A stretch of DNA of 26,532 bases, taken from positions 1-26,532 of IMG/VR virus record IMGVR_UViG_3300009435_000045. One strand, written 5' to 3'. This document shows, one piece after another, positions 19,251 through 26,532 of the stretch (positions are counted from its first letter, which is position 1; every line of letters begins with the position of its first letter). The notes beneath the pieces were generated by a model. That model did no database searches. It was not told where the DNA came from and was given only the letters and a program-made list of their open reading frames with translations. The stretch is from a virus (taxonomy: Duplodnaviria > Caudoviricetes). A program made the translations under genes and the position numbers.

Positions 19251-20115
19251 ACCAATTCCTTACCCAATCGAACTCTTTATTTATCACATGTATGAAATGC
19301 GCGTTTGGCTTGATATAATTGTAACTCGTATTTAACTGATAGTGCCAACGATTGTCTAGTTGTATACCCTCAAGACCCTTAAGTTGCATTAAATAGCCCC
19401 AAAGAGTTTCATTATCATATCCGAATCCACCCTTAACTTCAGGTAAATATATAGAATCAACATCGTTGACCAAATCATGCATTAATGCAAGATTATCATT
19501 AAAGTCTTCAAAATATCCTAGTTTATCCATTTGCTCTTTATTAGCACCAATGATACCTGTATTATACACCCTATCATTAGATTTGATACCATGAGTATTT
19601 AACATCGCCCGGGCGTTCCAATATTTGGCTTCGGGTGATCTCTCTGGAAGAGGTATCTTCTTTTTGGTCCTAATTTGATATAATGAATTGGCAGCTGCCT
19701 CAATATCGTACCTACAAGCAATACCCTTACTAAGATCGTGAGCTTCAAAAAAATTAAACTTTGTATTTGGAAGAACATCGAGGTCTAGGTATAATACTTC
19801 GTCATATTCTTTAACAAATTCGTTTAGTTTATAAAGCTTATAGAAATTGACAATTTGCCAGGTATTTAGATAAGGATGATCGGTTTTTAGCTTATTGTAA
19901 AACCAGCCCCACGGATCTTCATTATCAACAATCTTATAATAAGCGCCTATTGAATGTGCATATTCCGCCTGTCGGTCAAAGAACCACAGCCCATGATCTT
20001 TATAGCCCCTATTCGCTTTAATGTTTTTGTCGACCGTTTCACCTGAAAATGGTGGTTGAATATCTAGTTCATCCGGTGGAATTTGCACATAAATAGTGTA
20101 TATAAGTCGCTTCAT
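19228..20115 (-). CDS. Glycosyltransferase (GT-A fold, GT8/GT34/GT77-like), paralog of 18432..19250
   Basis: YAHSIGAYY...YKLYKL...YDEVLYLDLDVLP...YNTGIIG...DNETLWGY...WHY...FIHVINKEF. GAAGG RBS-like sequence upstream of the ATG. Confidence 0.8.
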   Translation of the reverse strand: MKRLIYTIYVQIPPDELDIQPPFSGETVDKNIKANRGYKDHGLWFFDRQAEYAHSIGAYYKIVDNEDPWGWFYNKLKTDHPYLNTWQIVNFYKLYKLNEFVKEYDEVLYLDLDVLPNTKFNFFEAHDLSKGIACRYDIEAAANSLYQIRTKKKIPLPERSPEAKYWNARAMLNTHGIKSNDRVYNTGIIGANKEQMDKLGYFEDFNDNLALMHDLVNDVDSIYLPEVKGGFGYDNETLWGYLMQLKGLEGIQLDNRWHYQLNTSYNYIKPNAHFIHVINKEFDWVRNWYAKKTDI

Positions 20116-20130
20116 GGGTACCTTCTTTAA

Positions 20131-20167
20131 TCTTATTATAACGTATCTATGATAAATTGTAAACCCC
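20131..20167 (-). promoter_or_regulatory. sigma70/T4-early-type promoter driving the glycosyltransferase operon
   Basis: The - strand reads GGGGTTTACA-ATTTATCATAGATACGT-TATAAT-AAGA (-35 at 20163-20158, 17-bp spacer, -10 at 20140-20135), 20 nt upstream of the GT start codon. Confidence 0.8.
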
Positions 20168-20173
20168 TAAATG

Positions 20174-20181
20174 TATAAATA
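20174..20181 (+). promoter_or_regulatory. T4 late promoter
   Basis: Exact TATAAATA, 27 nt upstream of ATG 20209, with a GGAG RBS in between. Confidence 0.85.
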
Positions 20182-20208
20182 GTAATAATAAGAACCTGGA
20201 GAAATTAT

Positions 20209-20559
20209 ATGGCCCATTATGAAGAATTTCTAATAGATCAAGGAGCTGATGTGGCCATTCAATTAGAATTAGTTGAACCTACAGGGGCCGTTAAAGATCT
20301 AACGGGAAAAACCGTAACAGGCTCAATCAAGAGAACATATAATACGCCCGATTCTGATGCTATTTCATTTACTTCTGTTGTGACAGACTATGCCAATGGT
20401 TATGTCACATTAAGTCTTACTAATGCCCAAACATCTCTAATGACAGGAAAAACCTATCTCTATGATGTTGAGGTCTCATTTCAAGACTCTGATCTGAATA
20501 CAATCATTGAGAGAGTTTTAGAAGGTGTTATTCAAATTAATCCGTCGGTAATAAGGTAA
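20209..20559 (+). CDS. Virion structural protein (BppU-N-like Ig fold; fibre adaptor)
   Basis: IDQGAD...DLTGKTVTGSIKR...GYVTLSLTNAQTSLM...YLYDVEV...RVLEGVIQINPSV, a family common before fibre genes in T4-like phages. Confidence 0.75.
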   Translation: MAHYEEFLIDQGADVAIQLELVEPTGAVKDLTGKTVTGSIKRTYNTPDSDAISFTSVVTDYANGYVTLSLTNAQTSLMTGKTYLYDVEVSFQDSDLNTIIERVLEGVIQINPSVIR

Positions 20560-20563
20560 AAGT

Positions 20564-20836
20564 ATGCCAACTAGAGTTAACTCAGTCAGTCAAAATCCGG
20601 GCACCTTTACGAAAAAGGTTACTGTTTCTACACCTTCAACTATGGTCAAAAAGATAGTTGTTGGCACACCCGTCAGACGTGTTAGCTCCGACACTCTTAC
20701 TATTGCTTCTTTAGGAGATACTGACGTATCAGGTATAAGTGATGGGTGTCTTTTAGTCTACGACGCTTCATCCGGCAAATGGGTTTCACAACTAGATATA
20801 GACAATAATCAAAACATTAACGGAGGCAGCTACTAA
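20564..20836 (+). CDS. Small fibre-associated structural protein
   Basis: 90 aa. LGDTDVSGISDGCLLVYDASSGKW fibre repeat and C-terminal INGGSY. Confidence 0.65.
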   Translation: MPTRVNSVSQNPGTFTKKVTVSTPSTMVKKIVVGTPVRRVSSDTLTIASLGDTDVSGISDGCLLVYDASSGKWVSQLDIDNNQNINGGSY

Positions 20837-22392
20837 TGGCCGCAATATTAAGAATTAAAAGGTCTACGAGCACTTCCGCGCCCGGAACCCTTAAATCAGG
20901 TGAATTAGCTTATTCGGCAGGTGCAGGTACCTCGGGCAATAACGGTTCAAGACTATTTTATGGTAAAGGCGATGATGGCAGTGGTAATGCCACAAGTATC
21001 GTTGTTATCGGTGGTGAATATCATACTGATCAGCTAGATCATACTGCTGGTATTTTAACTGCTTCATCAGCAATGATTGTTGGTGCAGATAAAAAGATGG
21101 ACGAAATTCTTGTTGATAATATCAGCATTAATGGTAATACTATCTCTTCAACTGATGCAAACGGCGCGATCGTTCTAAGTCCCAATGGCTCTGGTATAAT
21201 TAATGCTAGTTCTAGTTTAATCAGCAACGTTACCGATCCGGTGTCAGCACAAGATGCTGCAACCAAGCAATATGTTGATACCGCTACAGGCTCATCGCCA
21301 ACATTAACTTTAGCAGGTGATACCGGAAGTGGTGATGTTACCCTTGTTGATTCGGATCTAAGTATCTTAGGTGGTACAGGTTTATCATCAGTCGCATCCG
21401 GCGCCGGCGTTACCATATCACTTGATAACACAAGCGTTACCCCGGGCTCATATGGGGATGCATCTAATTATCCAACTTTCACAGTCGATCAACAAGGTCG
21501 CTTAACTGCAGCAGGAACACAAGTGGTACCTAGCGGCGTATTAAGTATAGCAGGTGAAACCGGAACGGATAATGTTACTCTTGGAACAGATACATTAACA
21601 TTCACAGGTACAGGTACAGTAAATACCACAGTCACTGATAACACGGTAACTATCGCGGTTGCCGATGCCACAGTGTCTGCAAAAGGTCTTGCATCGTTCC
21701 CTACTGCTAACTTTACAGTGTCAAGTGGAGCAGTAACCCCTAAAGATATTACGATCGGTTCTACAGCACTTACTAATGGTGAAACTTCTACAACCCTTGC
21801 AGGACTTACTCAAGTTGTTGTCGATCAATTAACCATTGATGGTAATGTGATAGCTTCTTCGAACGGTACTCTTGCTCTAGATCCTAATTCAGCCGATTCT
21901 GATGTGGGTGATGTTATCATTCGTGGTAACCTGATCGTTCAAGGTACTCAGACTACGATCAATTCCGCGGAAGTTTCCTTCAACGATCTTAACATTGTAT
22001 TGGGTGATTCTGCAGCGAATGCGGCAGCTGCCGACGGCGCCGGTCTAACAGTTGGTGGCTCAGGATATTCCGGAACTCAGGCGACCCTACTATTTGACGG
22101 ATCCGGTGATAAATGGGTAATGAACAAGACCCTAAATCTACCAGCTGGTCTAACTTCACTAGAATTTAATGGTACTTCTCTAACAGAAACATTAGAAGAT
22201 CATCTTGTAAGTAATTTCTTCCTTGCTGGAGAAGGTGTAGATTTAACATATGATGATGGAGCAAACACGTTAACAGTTGCAGCAGAACTAGCAACAGTAA
22301 CAAATCCGGGGGTGGCTAACTTCGATTCAGATCAAATGACAGTAACCTCAGGCTTTGTAACGATATATAGCCTTGATGGTGGAACTTACTAA
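20836..22392 (+). CDS. Tail fibre-like protein
   Basis: N-terminal ILRIKRSTSTSAPGTLKSGELAYS; VTDPVSAQDAATKQYVD, VTPGSYG...FTVDQQGRLTAA and GNLIVQGTQTTINS fibre repeats; C-terminal LDGGTY. Confidence 0.8.
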   Translation: MAAILRIKRSTSTSAPGTLKSGELAYSAGAGTSGNNGSRLFYGKGDDGSGNATSIVVIGGEYHTDQLDHTAGILTASSAMIVGADKKMDEILVDNISINGNTISSTDANGAIVLSPNGSGIINASSSLISNVTDPVSAQDAATKQYVDTATGSSPTLTLAGDTGSGDVTLVDSDLSILGGTGLSSVASGAGVTISLDNTSVTPGSYGDASNYPTFTVDQQGRLTAAGTQVVPSGVLSIAGETGTDNVTLGTDTLTFTGTGTVNTTVTDNTVTIAVADATVSAKGLASFPTANFTVSSGAVTPKDITIGSTALTNGETSTTLAGLTQVVVDQLTIDGNVIASSNGTLALDPNSADSDVGDVIIRGNLIVQGTQTTINSAEVSFNDLNIVLGDSAANAAAADGAGLTVGGSGYSGTQATLLFDGSGDKWVMNKTLNLPAGLTSLEFNGTSLTETLEDHLVSNFFLAGEGVDLTYDDGANTLTVAAELATVTNPGVANFDSDQMTVTSGFVTIYSLDGGTY

Positions 22393-22393
22393 T

Positions 22394-22423
22394 AGCCTAT
22401 AGGGATTTTTATCTCTGGCTTTA
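22394..22423 (+). terminator. Possible weak stem-loop/terminator between fibre genes
   Basis: AGCC-TAT-AGGGAT-TTTT-ATCTCT-GGCT followed by T-rich sequence in a 50-bp intergenic gap. The stem is imperfect. Confidence 0.3.
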
Positions 22424-22442
22424 ACCCTTTTTAGGATTTAGA

Positions 22443-24563
22443 ATGGCAATTAAAAATCTATTTAAGCGCTCGTCAGTAGCGGCAAAGGTCCCCTTAGTTG
22501 GGGATTTAGATTATGGTGAACTAGCCATAAACTATACTGATGGTGTCATATATTATAAAAATGCATCCAACGCTATCAAACGATTCATCGATTCAGATCT
22601 TCTTGATGCTAAGGGGTATCTAACAGCTTCATCAGCTGACTCTGACTATGCAACTGATGCTGAAGGAGCACTTGCAGGAGTAACAGGTAGTACTGGTATT
22701 ATCACTGGCGGCGTAATAACAGTAAACGCTGACCCCGACAAGATCGATATTTCAGCCGGATCCGGCTATGTCATTGATGACACAGTTTCACCCGCTGGTA
22801 TAACTCTTGTTACATGGACAGCATTTACAGCAGTTACACTAACAGACTTGGCAACAGCAACATCAACTGACATTGCAATCAATGCAGCAGGGGCAGTTGT
22901 TCAGCAACGTAGCTTTTCAGTTGATGAACTGAGAACACACATTCTGCTTGGTGGTGTTGACCATGTAGGCGGAGTAATCCGTAACTTATTCCCAATTCAA
23001 ATTCCTTCGTTTGCGCCGGGTTTATCTGTGCGTGATCTTAGCCGTGCAATTGGTGATCTTAATCTAAGTGGTAACGCCTTTGCGGCGGCCAGTACCGACC
23101 TAACTATTAGTAAAAGTTCTGGTACGGTATTTTCCTATGGGCGCAACACCCCTACAAGTAAAACTGACCCACACAGAATCTCTACAGCGGCATTGAATCC
23201 TGCATCCTTCAGCTATATTTTCCAAAATGGATCCGGTGGAACCACGGTTGCGGCCGCGGGGACATCCATTAACCCTTTAAATTATGATGATGGCACTGGC
23301 ACTCTGAATACTGTTGGTGTGAATGATTTTGCAATACAACAGTTTTTATATTTTGCGAACGCGAATAAAGTGTTCGTCCAATACGGAACAGCCACATATA
23401 ACACTATGAAGGAAGCCATTGAGGGCTTGGCCATTTCATCATTCCCAGAGTTGACGGGCTTTACCTCTGCAATGCGGCGGGGGGTTCTAATTGTTAAACG
23501 TGGTACAACAAATCTAGCAACCGCAGCGGATGCTAAATTCTTTGTGGCCGATAAGTTCGGATCTGTAGCGGGTTCAACGGGGGTTGCTGCTGGACAATTC
23601 GGAGATATGTTGGCGAGTGTTTATGACCCGACGGCTATCGCTGGTGATGCCTTTGCTATGGATAATATGGTTGAAGGCGCAACCACCAAGATACTAACAG
23701 ACACTGAGCGTAGTAAGCTGGCAGCTATAGAGGCGCTGGCGGATGTAACCGATACAACGAATGTGACTGCGGCTGGTGCTTTAATGGATAGTGAGGTAAC
23801 TAACTTAGCTCAAGTTAAAGCCTTTAGTTCAGCTGATTACGCAACAGCCGCTCAAGGTACTCTTGCATCTACTGCCGTGCAGCCTGCAGCGATAGCTAAT
23901 TCAGGAAATTGGGATGCAGCATTCGGCTGGGGTGATCATGCATTAGCGGGATACCTAACAACTCAGACTTCCCATGCGGATGTTCTTGTTGATAGTGATA
24001 CCGATAATTCTATTGTAACTGATGGCAGCAACGCAGATAAAATCGTTGTAAGGGATGCGTCTGGTCACACGGGTGTTCGTTATGCTTACACCTTCTATAC
24101 TAGTATGAATCACTCTGTTGTTAGTAGAGATAGTGATGATACCTTTTATTCTTCTACTGACAATTTCATAAGAAAAAATGATGCCGCTGGATTTAGAAAT
24201 TCATTAGGCTTAGGTACAGCTGCTCTAGTAGACATACTAGACGAAGATACCATGACCTCTGATTCCCCTACGGCCGTACCAAGTCAACAATCAGTGAAGG
24301 CATATGTCGATGCTAATGCTGGCGGATCGGTGGCTATTCAACCTGCTGCGCCAACATTTTCTTCTGGTGCATTATGGTTTAATAATGATCTAGGTCAACT
24401 TTTCATAGGATATACAGATTCTGACGGTACAGATAACTTTATCGAAGCTGCGCCATCCGGATCGAATCCAGTCAAGAGCACGGGCCTTGCATCTTCTACA
24501 GAATTAATAATTTATAATTCAGCAGGTACCCCTGTTAAAACATTATATGGAGCAGGAGAATAA
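22443..24563 (+). CDS. Tail fibre-like protein (mosaic)
   Basis: N-terminal FKRSSVAAKVP..GDLDYGELAINYTDG.IYYK; internal fibre motifs ADVTDTTNVTAAGALMDSEV, DEDTMTSDSPTAVPSQQSVKAYVD, GALWFNNDLGQLFIGY. Confidence 0.8.
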   Translation: MAIKNLFKRSSVAAKVPLVGDLDYGELAINYTDGVIYYKNASNAIKRFIDSDLLDAKGYLTASSADSDYATDAEGALAGVTGSTGIITGGVITVNADPDKIDISAGSGYVIDDTVSPAGITLVTWTAFTAVTLTDLATATSTDIAINAAGAVVQQRSFSVDELRTHILLGGVDHVGGVIRNLFPIQIPSFAPGLSVRDLSRAIGDLNLSGNAFAAASTDLTISKSSGTVFSYGRNTPTSKTDPHRISTAALNPASFSYIFQNGSGGTTVAAAGTSINPLNYDDGTGTLNTVGVNDFAIQQFLYFANANKVFVQYGTATYNTMKEAIEGLAISSFPELTGFTSAMRRGVLIVKRGTTNLATAADAKFFVADKFGSVAGSTGVAAGQFGDMLASVYDPTAIAGDAFAMDNMVEGATTKILTDTERSKLAAIEALADVTDTTNVTAAGALMDSEVTNLAQVKAFSSADYATAAQGTLASTAVQPAAIANSGNWDAAFGWGDHALAGYLTTQTSHADVLVDSDTDNSIVTDGSNADKIVVRDASGHTGVRYAYTFYTSMNHSVVSRDSDDTFYSSTDNFIRKNDAAGFRNSLGLGTAALVDILDEDTMTSDSPTAVPSQQSVKAYVDANAGGSVAIQPAAPTFSSGALWFNNDLGQLFIGYTDSDGTDNFIEAAPSGSNPVKSTGLASSTELIIYNSAGTPVKTLYGAGE

Positions 24564-25219
24564 TGGCTACTATTGCATTTCCAACCTCACCAACACACGG
24601 CGATATTAAAAATAACGGAAATCTTACATATACATACGATTCTGATTATAGTATATGGGTGGTTACCTCGTTTCCTACAGCCCCAAGAGGTATTGCGGCT
24701 ACTATTGCTATTGGCACTGTAACCACGCTCGATTCTGATGCATCTGCAACAGTTATAAATGTGGGTGATAGCGCAGACGCTATTTTAGATTTCGGTATAC
24801 CTCGTGGTATTTTTGCGGGGCTTCCCGCAAATGCGCTTGTTGACAGTGATTTAGGGGTATCTGTTCAAGCATATGATGCAGATACTCTAAAAGCTGATTT
24901 AACAGATACCTTAACTGTTGGTTATGCAGCTACCCCGTATAATGCAGGAACAAAATCAAGTGGTACCTTTACACCAGATGAAGCAAATGGTAATTTCCAA
25001 TATGGGGTTAACGGAGGTGCCCACACCCTTGCTCCACCGACTAATAATTGTACTATCGTTATTCAATATACAAATAACGCTTCAGCAGGTACAATAACAA
25101 CTTCCGGCTTTACGATTGTGGTCGGTGATACTTTAACAACAACTAATGGGGATGATTTCATGTTCTATATTACGAAGAATAATGGATTTAGTGTCCTAAA
25201 TGTGGTGGCCTTGCAATGA
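24563..25219 (+). CDS. Fibre/receptor-binding-associated protein
   Basis: IAFPTSPTHGD...YTYD...W N-terminus, ATIAIGTVTT...AILDFGIPRG motif, and C-terminal beta domain GTFTPDEANGNFQ...NGGAHTLAPP. Confidence 0.7.
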   Translation: MATIAFPTSPTHGDIKNNGNLTYTYDSDYSIWVVTSFPTAPRGIAATIAIGTVTTLDSDASATVINVGDSADAILDFGIPRGIFAGLPANALVDSDLGVSVQAYDADTLKADLTDTLTVGYAATPYNAGTKSSGTFTPDEANGNFQYGVNGGAHTLAPPTNNCTIVIQYTNNASAGTITTSGFTIVVGDTLTTTNGDDFMFYITKNNGFSVLNVVALQ

Positions 25220-25899
25220 GTTTAATGCCAATTTTTTCACCAGTTGTCGGCAATGTCGAACCCCCATACTGGGTTTCAACGGGAACTTTTGCTTCAGGCC
25301 AAGGGGTTATCGAGCCCGGTTTACCTGCAGGTGGGACAGTGGATGATTTCTATTTTCTAGTAAACGAATGTAGATCGGACCAGGATGTACGCACTTGCTA
25401 TTGGTCTAAAGATTATGTTGGTCAAATGACGGAAAAAACAAACGTAACCAATGGCTCTAGAGCACAATTATGGTACGAACATTTTTTAACTGGACACGGT
25501 GTACAGGATCATCGTCTTAGCGATTCTGGTAATCACACAAGTGCAAGAGCCATCCTTGTCAGAAATTGTGATACGACCGATCCGTTTGACGGTACACCAA
25601 CTACAAACACATATGCCAGTTCACTGACTACAACATTTACAGCGGCGGATTTTACAACAACAGTTAAGGGATGTTTACTTTACACTTTGGTTACTGTTGC
25701 TAATGATAGGGGCCTATCATCATGGGATTTAGGAACTGAGGTTTTTTCTAATAGTCACACTGCTGGTAATGATGGATCCTTATTTCTTAGTGTCAGAGAT
25801 GCACCAGATATAGGAACATATTCAGGAGATACTATAACCCTTTCAGCTAGTGCAAATAATTTCACCTCAATAACTTTCGCTTTGCGCCCACCTCAATAA
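25216..25899 (+). CDS. Putative fibre-tip/receptor-binding protein
   Basis: 227-aa beta-rich ORF coupled to the previous gene (ATGA overlap); last gene of the fibre cluster. Confidence 0.5.
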   Translation: MSLMPIFSPVVGNVEPPYWVSTGTFASGQGVIEPGLPAGGTVDDFYFLVNECRSDQDVRTCYWSKDYVGQMTEKTNVTNGSRAQLWYEHFLTGHGVQDHRLSDSGNHTSARAILVRNCDTTDPFDGTPTTNTYASSLTTTFTAADFTTTVKGCLLYTLVTVANDRGLSSWDLGTEVFSNSHTAGNDGSLFLSVRDAPDIGTYSGDTITLSASANNFTSITFALRPPQ

Positions 25900-25917
25900 A
25901 GACTAAACAAGTTAGGC

Positions 25918-25925
25918 TATAAATA
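25918..25925 (+). promoter_or_regulatory. T4 late promoter
   Basis: Exact TATAAATA upstream of GAGG RBS and ATG 25943. Confidence 0.85.
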
Positions 25926-25942
25926 GAATAAAGAGGAATAAG

Positions 25943-26532
25943 ATGGCAGTCACATCAAGAGAAGAACTTAAAGAATACGCATTGCGCTCGCTCGGTGCAC
26001 CCGTAATCGAAATTAATGTAGACGATGATCAATTAGAAGATCGAATCGACGAAGCCCTTGAAACTTATTTCGAATATCATAGTGATGGATTAGTTAAGAT
26101 TTATCTTAAACATCCGATCACAGCTGAAAATATCACTAATGGATGGATTCCTATATCGGAGGACGTGGTATACATATCACATCTATTCCCTATTACCACC
26201 TCTTCCGCCGGCACAGGTATGTTTAGTGTAAAGTATCAAATGATGCTGAATGACATGTCTTTCATGGCAGGGCACCAAGGCGCTGATCTAGCCTATTTCG
26301 ATCAGATGCAACAATACCTATCGCTTCTAGATATGAAGCTAAATGGGCATCCACAAACAAATTTCTCTCGCAGACAGAATAGACTTTATATCCACGGCCT
26401 TATTGAAGGTGATGTAAATGTAGGTAGTTACCTTATTGCAGAAACTTTTGAAAAGATTGATGTTGAAGAATTTGCTGAGATTTGGAACGAAATCTGGCTT
26501 AAGAAATATACGACTCAATTGTTCAAAAGACA
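25943..26532 (+). CDS. gp13: Neck protein gp13 (3'-truncated; not in the supplied ORF track)
   Basis: Manual translation: MAVTSREELKEYALRSLGAPVIEINVDDDQLEDRIDEALETYFEYHSDG...WNEIWLKKYTTQLFKR, the gp13 signature. Open to the window end. Confidence 0.92.
   Translation, partial: MAVTSREELKEYALRSLGAPVIEINVDDDQLEDRIDEALETYFEYHSDGLVKIYLKHPITAENITNGWIPISEDVVYISHLFPITTSSAGTGMFSVKYQMMLNDMSFMAGHQGADLAYFDQMQQYLSLLDMKLNGHPQTNFSRRQNRLYIHGLIEGDVNVGSYLIAETFEKIDVEEFAEIWNEIWLKKYTTQLFKR

Noticed and set aside
6309-21671. Short alternative-frame or antisense ORFs (6309, 9119, 9521, 9609, 10381, 10493, 11492, 11653, 12272, 13273, 13584, 15802, 16384, 17352, 17546, 18613, 21039, 21489)
   Set aside because: All lie within or across longer well-supported genes and show no recognisable motifs. 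The Cys/His-rich 9609 ORF is a frame artefact of the Gly/Ala/Thr-rich part of gp8.
7083-25219. GATTCTGAT-like recurrences as a DNA repeat, recombination site or CRISPR-like array
   Set aside because: The instances checked are in frame as Asp-Ser-Asp with variable synonymous codons and irregular spacing, so the signal is at the protein level.
1-26532. Stop-codon reassignment, introns/inteins, tRNAs, CRISPR, diversity-generating retroelement
   Set aside because: Conserved genes are full length under the standard code, with TAG and TGA used as real stops (8049-8051, 25217-25219). Intergenic gaps are at most about 110 bp. No intein or homing-endonuclease motifs, reverse transcriptase, or adenine-variable repeat pair were seen.
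1-26532. Impression of frequent CTAG and CTA/AGA codons; host assignment
   Set aside because: Could not be quantified by eye, and no host-diagnostic gene is present in the window.

Overview
This window is part of the virion structural module of a T4-like (Tevenvirinae/Kyanoviridae-type) myophage genome, roughly 40% GC by eye. On the + strand: a tail-tip/baseplate-hub cluster in which gp5 functions appear split over several ORFs (5'-truncated gp5 OB-fold tail fused to a SleB/Hydrolase_2-like domain; a 668-aa amidase-like + peptidase M15-like protein; a gp5 C-terminal beta-helix protein; a degenerate M15-like protein). Then come gp25, gp6, a compact gp7-like wedge, two small gp9/gp10-like proteins, gp8, an 1800-aa VrlC/DUF4815-like protein, several fibre/structural proteins and the start of neck protein gp13. 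In the middle of this late module, on the - strand, is a three-gene operon of GT-A (DxD) glycosyltransferases with its own sigma70/early-type promoter. The most striking signal is the tripeptide D-S-D (and D-S-A), about 34 DSD plus about 15 DSA by manual count, in the wedge, VrlC-like and fibre proteins. It is encoded by varied codons (both TCN and AGY Ser), and DSD is absent from the hub enzymes, gp25, gp6 and the glycosyltransferases. Together these suggest a phage-encoded, sequon-directed O-glycosylation system that coats the virion exterior (inference, not proven). All family assignments are from motif recognition only; no database searches were run.
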